From an uncultured bacterium (GTDB lineage Bacteria > Krumholzibacteriota > Krumholzibacteriia > JACNKJ01), in NCBI GenBank assembly GCA_963695095.1, contig CAVOFT010000001.1, forward strand, positions 1,824,001 through 1,888,000: a DNA stretch of 64,000 nucleotides. Direction: 5' to 3'. The position numbers were made by a program, and so were the translations under genes. The notes under the pieces are model-generated. The model was not told the DNA's origin. It ran no database searches and worked only from the letters and a program-made list of their open reading frames with translations. This document shows, in pieces, positions 58,527-64,000 of this stretch (positions are counted from its first letter, which is position 1; the number at the start of each line of letters is the position of its first letter).

Positions 58527-58955
58527 ATGCGCAATCTGCCCTGGCTGAGATCGCCCCTCGCGCTGGCCGCCGTCGCCTTCGCTGGCCTCGGCCTGCTCGC
58601 GCTCCTGCCGGAGACGAGCGCGGGGGCGGCGGGCGTCTCCCTGCTGCGCCTGGCCTTCGCGCTGGTCGGCATCCTGGCCCTGGCCCTGGGCGCCGTGCCG
58701 CTGCTGCGGCGGCTGCCCACGGCGCGGGGCGGGCAGGCGCGGCGGCTGCGCTGCGAGGAAGTGCTGGCCTTGGGCGGGCGGCAGCGCATCGCCCTGCTGA
58801 GCGTCGACGGGCGGGAGCTGCTCGTGAGCCTGCAGGCCGACGGCAGCCGCCTGTTGCTGGATCTCGGCGCTGCTGCGGCGCAGGGCGCCGCCGAGCCCGA
58901 CGCGGCAGTGGCCGGCGAGTTCCAGCGCCTGCTCGCCGAGCGCCGCGGGCGCTGA
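58527..58955 (+). CDS. fliO: FliO
   Basis: TM segment followed by LALGGRQRIALLSVDGRELLV; lies between fliN and fliP. Confidence 0.85.
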   Translation: MRNLPWLRSPLALAAVAFAGLGLLALLPETSAGAAGVSLLRLAFALVGILALALGAVPLLRRLPTARGGQARRLRCEEVLALGGRQRIALLSVDGRELLVSLQADGSRLLLDLGAAAAQGAAEPDAAVAGEFQRLLAERRGR

Positions 58956-59022
58956 GCCCGGCGGACGGTTTCTAGCCAGCCGCGCCGGGGCCGCGCTCCG
59001 AGGCATCGCCGGCGTCTCTTCC

Positions 59023-59047
59023 TAACTCCTTCTAATATCAGCCGATG
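59023..59047. promoter_or_regulatory. 25-bp IHF-like site (copy 5 of 5)
   Basis: TAACTCCTTCTAATATCAGCCGATG, an AT-rich island upstream of the fliP promoter. Confidence 0.45.
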
Positions 59048-59082
59048 CTCGCGCACTCGGGGTGCTGGGCCGCCCCGCCGGG

Positions 59083-59098
59083 CGGCACGGCCCTTGAT
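59083..59098 (+). promoter_or_regulatory. sigma54 promoter (TTGAT variant) of fliPQR-flhBA
   Basis: CGGCAC-GGCCC-TTGAT, 35 nt before the GTG. Confidence 0.6.
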
Positions 59099-59132
59099 GA
59101 CAAGGTGTCGACACCCTGCGGAGGAGCCCGGA

Positions 59133-59888
59133 GTGCGCAGAATCCAACCGATCGTCCTGGCCCTGATCATCCTGGTCGTCGTGGGCGGCGTCCTGCCGGC
59201 CCAGGCGGCCTCCGTGCCGGCCGTCAAGTTCAGCATCGGCGAAGGCAGCCCGGAGGGTGGCGGCCTGGGGGCGGCCCTCCAGATCATGCTCGGCCTGACC
59301 GTGCTCTCGCTGGCGCCGGCCATTCTGCTGCTGATGACGAGCTTCACGCGCATCGTCGTCGTGCTCGGCTTCCTGCGCCAGGCGCTCGGCACGCAGCAGA
59401 TGCCGCCCAACCAGCTCATCATCGGGCTGTCGCTCTTCCTGACGGCGGCCGTGATGAGCCCGGTCATCGACGAGATCCGCAGCGAGGCGGTGACGCCCTA
59501 CATGGCCGACGAGATCGATGACACCGAGGCCCTGCGCCGGGGCGTGGCGCCGCTGAAGACCTTCATGCTCAAGCAGACGCAGGACAAGGACCTCGCCCTC
59601 TTTCTGGAGATCGGCGACCGGCCCATGCCCGAGACGCGCATGGACACGCCGCTGACCGTGGTGGTGCCGGCCTTCGTGCTCAGCGAACTGAAGCGCGCCT
59701 TCCAGATCGGCTTCGTGCTCTTCGTGCCCTTCCTCGTCATCGACATGGTGGTCGCCTCCATCTTGATGAGCATGGGCATGATGATGCTGCCGCCGGTGAT
59801 GATCTCGCTGCCCTTCAAGGTGCTGCTCTTCGTGCTCGTCGACGGCTGGAATCTCGTCGTGCAGAGCCTGGTCAAGTCCTTCGGTTAG
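59133..59888 (+). CDS. fliP: FliP
   Basis: MTSFTRIVVVL, RQALGTQQMPPNQ, PAFVLSELK, MGMMMLPP, FVLVDGW; GTG after GGAGGAG. Confidence 0.97.
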   Translation: MRRIQPIVLALIILVVVGGVLPAQAASVPAVKFSIGEGSPEGGGLGAALQIMLGLTVLSLAPAILLLMTSFTRIVVVLGFLRQALGTQQMPPNQLIIGLSLFLTAAVMSPVIDEIRSEAVTPYMADEIDDTEALRRGVAPLKTFMLKQTQDKDLALFLEIGDRPMPETRMDTPLTVVVPAFVLSELKRAFQIGFVLFVPFLVIDMVVASILMSMGMMMLPPVMISLPFKVLLFVLVDGWNLVVQSLVKSFG

Positions 59889-59897
59889 GAGGCAGGC

Positions 59898-60161
59898 GTG
59901 AGCGAACAAATGGTGCTCGACCTGGGCCGCCAGGCCCTGGTCACGACCTTGATGGTCGCCGGGCCGATGCTGGCGGCAGCGCTGCTGATCGGCCTGCTCG
60001 TCAGCGTCTTCCAGGCGGTCACGCAGATCAACGAGATGACGATGACCTTCGTCCCGAAGATCGTGGGCATCCTCGTGGTGGGACTCGTCACCCTGCCGTG
60101 GGTGCTGCAGGTGATGCTCAGCTTCACCCGTCAGGTCTTCGCCATGATCGAGCGATTGTGA
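59898..60161 (+). CDS. fliQ: FliQ
   Basis: GLLVSVFQAVTQINEMTMTFVPK. Confidence 0.97.
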   Translation: MSEQMVLDLGRQALVTTLMVAGPMLAAALLIGLLVSVFQAVTQINEMTMTFVPKIVGILVVGLVTLPWVLQVMLSFTRQVFAMIERL

Positions 60162-60168
60162 GGCGCGC

Positions 60169-60945
60169 GTGACCTGGCCTGTCATCGAAACCGAGAGCGT
60201 CGTGCTCTACATGCTGATCCTGGCCCGCACGGCGGCCTTCTTCGCCGTCTTCCCCGGCCTGGGCGGCGGGGCGGTGCCGATGCGGATCAAGGCCGGGGCC
60301 GCGGCGACGCTGAGCGCGCTGCTCTTCACCGCGGTGCCGGCGCCTGCCCTCTTGCCCGCGGATGCCCTGGCGCAGGTGCTGCTCATCCTGCGCGAGACGA
60401 TCGTGGGCCTCCTGCTCGGCTCGCTGGTCAATTTCGTCTTCATGGCCGCCCAGTTCGCAGGCGAGATCGTCGGCGTGCAGATGGGCCTGGCCGCTGCCGG
60501 GATCTACGATCCGAGCACGCAGGAAACCGTCGGCGTGAACGGGCGCTTCTACCACTTCATCGCCCTGCTCCTCTTTCTCAGCCTCGACTTGCACCATCCC
60601 TTCCTGCGCGGCCTGGGCAGCTCGTTCACGCTGCTGCCGGTGGGCGAGACGGGACTGGCTCCGGCCGGCTTCCTGCGCTGGGGGGAGCTGTCCGGTCAGG
60701 TCTTCGCCCTGGCGCTGCGTCTGAGCATGCCGGTGCTCGCGGCGCTGCTCCTGATCGACCTCGCGCTGGGCTTCCTCAGTCGCCTGGTGCCCCAGATGAA
60801 CATCTTTCTGGTCGGCTTTCCGCTGAAGATCGGGGCCGGCCTGATCGTGCTCGCCCTCGGCGTGCGCAGCGCGGGCCCCCTGCTCGTGCGCGCCTGTGAC
60901 CGCCTGGCGATCGATTTCCACTCCCTCCTGACCTGGATGCGCTGA
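60169..60945 (+). CDS. fliR: FliR
   Basis: AGEIVGVQMGL, RLVPQMNIFLVGFPLK. Confidence 0.96.
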   Translation: MTWPVIETESVVLYMLILARTAAFFAVFPGLGGGAVPMRIKAGAAATLSALLFTAVPAPALLPADALAQVLLILRETIVGLLLGSLVNFVFMAAQFAGEIVGVQMGLAAAGIYDPSTQETVGVNGRFYHFIALLLFLSLDLHHPFLRGLGSSFTLLPVGETGLAPAGFLRWGELSGQVFALALRLSMPVLAALLLIDLALGFLSRLVPQMNIFLVGFPLKIGAGLIVLALGVRSAGPLLVRACDRLAIDFHSLLTWMR

Positions 60946-60946
60946 G

Positions 60947-62023
60947 ATGGCCGAGAGCGCGGGACAGGAACGGACAGAGCTCGCCACCCCCAGGCGGCGA
61001 CAGGAGGCGCGTGAGCGCGGCCAGGTCGCGCGCAGCCAGGAGCTGAGCAGCTTCCTCGTGCTCCTGTCGGCCCTGGTCGCACTGGCGGCGCTGGCCCCCC
61101 GTCTCGGCGCGGGGCTCGGCCGCTTTCTCGTGGGCGGCATCGACGCCGCCTTCACGGTGCGCCTGGACGCGAGCACGCTGCCCCTGCTCAATCGCATCTG
61201 GCTCGCGGAGGCCCTGCGCCTGCTCACCCCGCTCTGGCTGATCCTGCTCGTGGTCAGCGTGGGCGCGGCGGTGGCCCAGGTCGGCTTCACGATCAACGGC
61301 GCCCTGCTCGCGCCCAAGCCCGAGCGCATCGATCCCGTCGCCGGCTTCAAGCGGCTGTTCAGCAAGCGCAGCAGCTTCGAGCTGGCCAAGAGCCTGCTCA
61401 AGATGGGCCTGCTGCTCGTGATCACCTGGTGGACGCTCGCCGGCCGCGCGGAGGCCATCGTCGGTCTCTCCGACCTGGAGCTGGGACCGGCCCTGCTCGT
61501 GCTCGGCCAGACCGCGCTGCTGCTGGCCGGGCGGCTGATCATGCTGATGGTGGTCCTCGCCGGCGCCGATTACGCCTTCCAGCGCTGGCAGCACGAGCAG
61601 GACATCATGATGACGCCCCAGGAGTTGAAGGAAGAGTACAAGGAGACGGAGGGCGATCCCCTCATCAAGGCGCGCCTGCGCGCGCTCCAGCGCGAGATCT
61701 CCGTGCGGCGAATGATGGAGGACGTCAAGCGCGCCGACGTCGTCGTCACCAACCCGACCCATGTCGCCGTCGCCCTGCGCTACAAGGCGACGGAAGGCAC
61801 GCCGCGTGTGCTCGCCAAGGGCGCCGACCTCGTGGCGGCGCGCATCCGCGACACCGCTCGCGAGGCGAAGGTGCCGGTGGTGACGAATCCGCCGCTCGCG
61901 CGCGCTCTCTACGCTGAGTGCGAGATCGGCGCCACGATTCCGCTCAAATTCTTCCAGGCCGTGGCCGAGCTCCTGGCCTACGTCTATCGCCTGCGCCCCC
62001 AGGGCGCCCGGGCGGGGGGCTAA
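60947..62023 (+). CDS. flhB: FlhB
   Basis: RTELATPRR, KETEGDP, intact TNPTH autocleavage site, PPLARALY. Confidence 0.97.
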   Translation: MAESAGQERTELATPRRRQEARERGQVARSQELSSFLVLLSALVALAALAPRLGAGLGRFLVGGIDAAFTVRLDASTLPLLNRIWLAEALRLLTPLWLILLVVSVGAAVAQVGFTINGALLAPKPERIDPVAGFKRLFSKRSSFELAKSLLKMGLLLVITWWTLAGRAEAIVGLSDLELGPALLVLGQTALLLAGRLIMLMVVLAGADYAFQRWQHEQDIMMTPQELKEEYKETEGDPLIKARLRALQREISVRRMMEDVKRADVVVTNPTHVAVALRYKATEGTPRVLAKGADLVAARIRDTAREAKVPVVTNPPLARALYAECEIGATIPLKFFQAVAELLAYVYRLRPQGARAGG

Positions 62024-62032
62024 GGAGTCGCC

Positions 62033-64000
62033 ATGGCCGAGACGCTCCGCACGCAGCGAACGGACGGCATCCTGAAGGGCAATGCCAACATCCTGGTCGG
62101 CGTCGCCCTGATCGGCATTCTCGCCGTGATGGTGCTGCTGTTGCCGGCGCCGCTGCTCGATCTGCTGCTGTCGTTCAACATCACCTTCGCGCTCATCATC
62201 TTGATGGTGACCTTCTACATCAAGGATCCGCTGAGCGTCTCTGTGTTCCCCACCCTGCTGCTCTTCCTGACGCTCTTCCGGCTGGCGCTGAACGTGGCCT
62301 CGACCCGCCTCATCCTGCTCAACGGCTACGCGGGCAAAGTGATCGAGTCCTTCGGCGGTTTCGTGGTGGGCGGCAATCCCGTCGTCGGCCTGGTGGTGTT
62401 CCTGATCCTGGTCATCATCCAGTTCATCGTGATCACCAAGGGCGCCGGCCGCGTGGCCGAGGTGGCCGCCCGCTTCACGCTCGACGCCATGCCCGGCAAG
62501 CAGATGGCCATCGATGCCGACCTGAACGCCGGTCTCATCGATGAGAAGGAGGCGCGCCGGCGCCGGGAACGCATCGGCGATGAAGCGGACTTCTTCGGCG
62601 CCATGGACGGTGCGAGCAAGTTCGTGCGCGGCGATGCGATCGCCGGCATCGTGATCATCGTGGTCAACATCCTGGGCGGCTTCATCATCGGCATCGCCCA
62701 GCTCGGCATGCCCTTCGGCGAGGCCCTGAGCACCTACACGCTGCTCACCGTCGGCGACGGCCTGGTCAGCCAGATCCCGGCCCTGATCATCTCGGTCAGC
62801 TCCGGCATCGTGGTCACCCGCGGCCGCAGCCAGAACGATCTGGGCGAGGATATCATCGGCCAGCTCTTCGGCCAGCCCAAGGCGCTCGGCATCGCCGCCG
62901 GCGCCCTGGGCGTGCTGGGCCTCGTGCCGGGCCTGCCCCACCTGCCATTCCTCGCGCTGGGGGCCCTGAGCGGGGTGGCGGCCTGGCGGCAGCGCGGCCG
63001 GGCTGAGGGCGAGGAGCTGGTCGCCGCGCCGGTCGCCGCGGCGCCGGGGGATCCGCTCGAGGACCGTTCTCTCTTCCAGGTCGATCGCCTCGAACTGGAG
63101 ATCGGCTACGGACTCATCCCGCTCGCCGATGCCTCCCGGCGGGGCAATCTGCTCGAGCGGGTGACGGCCATCCGCCGGCAGCAAGCCACGGAGCTCGGGC
63201 TCTACGTCAGCCCCGTGCGCATCCGCGACAACATCCACCTGAAGCCGGGCGAATACGCCATCAAGCTCAAGGGCGTGGAGCTCGAGCGCGGGGAGATCCT
63301 ACCCGGGCACCTGCTCTGCATCGCCAGCCCAGAGGAGCGGGCGGGGCTGCCCGGCATCGAAACGGTGGAGCCGGCCTTCGGGCTCTCGGCGCTCTGGGTG
63401 CCGGAGGCCGCGCGCGAGACGGCGGCGGACCGGGGGCTCACCCTGGTGGAGCCGCCGGCGGTGATCAGCACGCATCTGGCGGAGATCCTCAGGCGGCATG
63501 CCGACGAGATCATGAGCCGCGAGGACGTCAAGCGCCTGGTCGAGGGCGTGCGCGAGCTGGCGCCGGCTCTGGTGGAGGAGCTCATTCCAGGCCAGGTCAA
63601 GCTGGGCTTCCTGCAGCAGATCCTGGCGACCCTCCTCCACGAGCGCGTGCCCATCCGCGACATGGTCACCATCCTGGAAACGATCGGGGACCACGTCGGC
63701 CAGAGCCACAACGCGGACTTCATCGCTGAAAAGGTGCGCGAGGCGCTCGGACGGGCGATCCTGCGCGAACATCTGGACGAGCGCGGCGCCCTGGCCGTGG
63801 TCACGCTCGATCACCGCGCCGAAGAGCTCTTCCTCGGCGCGCTGAAGCAGTACGGGGAGACCGGCGGCATCTTCTTGCCGCCGGAGACGGCCGAGCGCTT
63901 CCAGGCGCGCCTGCGCGCCGAGGCGGAGCGCGTCACGCGGCGCGGCTACACGCCGGTGATCCTGGTCTCGAGTCCGATCCGGCTCCTGTTCAAGCGCTAT
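62033..64000 (+). CDS. flhA: FlhA (3' end beyond the window)
   Basis: Manual translation from ATG 62033: FPTLLLFLTLFRLALNVASTRLIL, EVAARFTLDAMPGKQMAIDADL, GAMDGASKFVRGDA, LEIGYGLI. Not in the ORF track because there is no stop in the window. Confidence 0.97.
   Translation, partial: MAETLRTQRTDGILKGNANILVGVALIGILAVMVLLLPAPLLDLLLSFNITFALIILMVTFYIKDPLSVSVFPTLLLFLTLFRLALNVASTRLILLNGYAGKVIESFGGFVVGGNPVVGLVVFLILVIIQFIVITKGAGRVAEVAARFTLDAMPGKQMAIDADLNAGLIDEKEARRRRERIGDEADFFGAMDGASKFVRGDAIAGIVIIVVNILGGFIIGIAQLGMPFGEALSTYTLLTVGDGLVSQIPALIISVSSGIVVTRGRSQNDLGEDIIGQLFGQPKALGIAAGALGVLGLVPGLPHLPFLALGALSGVAAWRQRGRAEGEELVAAPVAAAPGDPLEDRSLFQVDRLELEIGYGLIPLADASRRGNLLERVTAIRRQQATELGLYVSPVRIRDNIHLKPGEYAIKLKGVELERGEILPGHLLCIASPEERAGLPGIETVEPAFGLSALWVPEAARETAADRGLTLVEPPAVISTHLAEILRRHADEIMSREDVKRLVEGVRELAPALVEELIPGQVKLGFLQQILATLLHERVPIRDMVTILETIGDHVGQSHNADFIAEKVREALGRAILREHLDERGALAVVTLDHRAEELFLGALKQYGETGGIFLPPETAERFQARLRAEAERVTRRGYTPVILVSSPIRLLFKRY

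Noticed and set aside
59022..59048. CTAA-N15-GCCGATGC as a sigma28 promoter for fliP
   Set aside because: Lacks the TCAAG seen in the three clear sigma28 promoters. Export genes are normally early class, and the site is better explained as an IHF-like 25-mer.
44905..64000. Non-flagellar type III injectisome
   Set aside because: Rod, hook, L/P ring, flagellin and cap genes are all present and no secretin is seen; this is a flagellum.

Overview
GC-rich bacterial chromosomal window. Indirect markers suggest an FCB-superphylum candidate lineage such as Latescibacterota or Krumholzibacteriota; this is inference. The markers are a Bacteroidota-type bS22 peptide, an alt-GlmU-like protein, a C-terminal SFSAIKSLYR motif, and a giant secreted protein running into an SNRP motif at the window edge. 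Bases 1-19.3 kb hold: a left-truncated secreted repeat protein of more than 2150 aa (minus strand, missing from the ORF track), a beta-helix protein, a PAP2 phosphatase, tRNA-Leu(CAA), nfeD (frameshifted)-floA-yqfB-like, tRNA-Ala(GGC), a GlmU-like protein, HU/IHF, bS22, RNase R, PilZ and a sigma28-preceded HDOD/GAF-PP2C/STAS module. Bases 19.5-64 kb are one co-oriented flagellar cluster: flgFGAHIJNKL, fliW, csrA, three flagellins, fliDS, fliT-like, flgM, two kinase/sigma54-activator pairs, flgBC, fliEFGHIJ, motE-like, fliK, flgDE, flbD, fliLMNOPQR, flhB and truncated flhA. No motAB or che genes are in the window. The intergenic DNA shows nine candidate sigma54 promoters, three sigma28 promoters, five copies of a 25-bp IHF-like site and CsrA hairpins in leaders. 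The top candidate for something new is a sigma54-driven sRNA of about 108 nt (13393-13500) whose seed is complementary to the ribosome-binding sites of flgF, flgG and the sigma28 flagellin. All calls come from reading the sequence; no searches were run.
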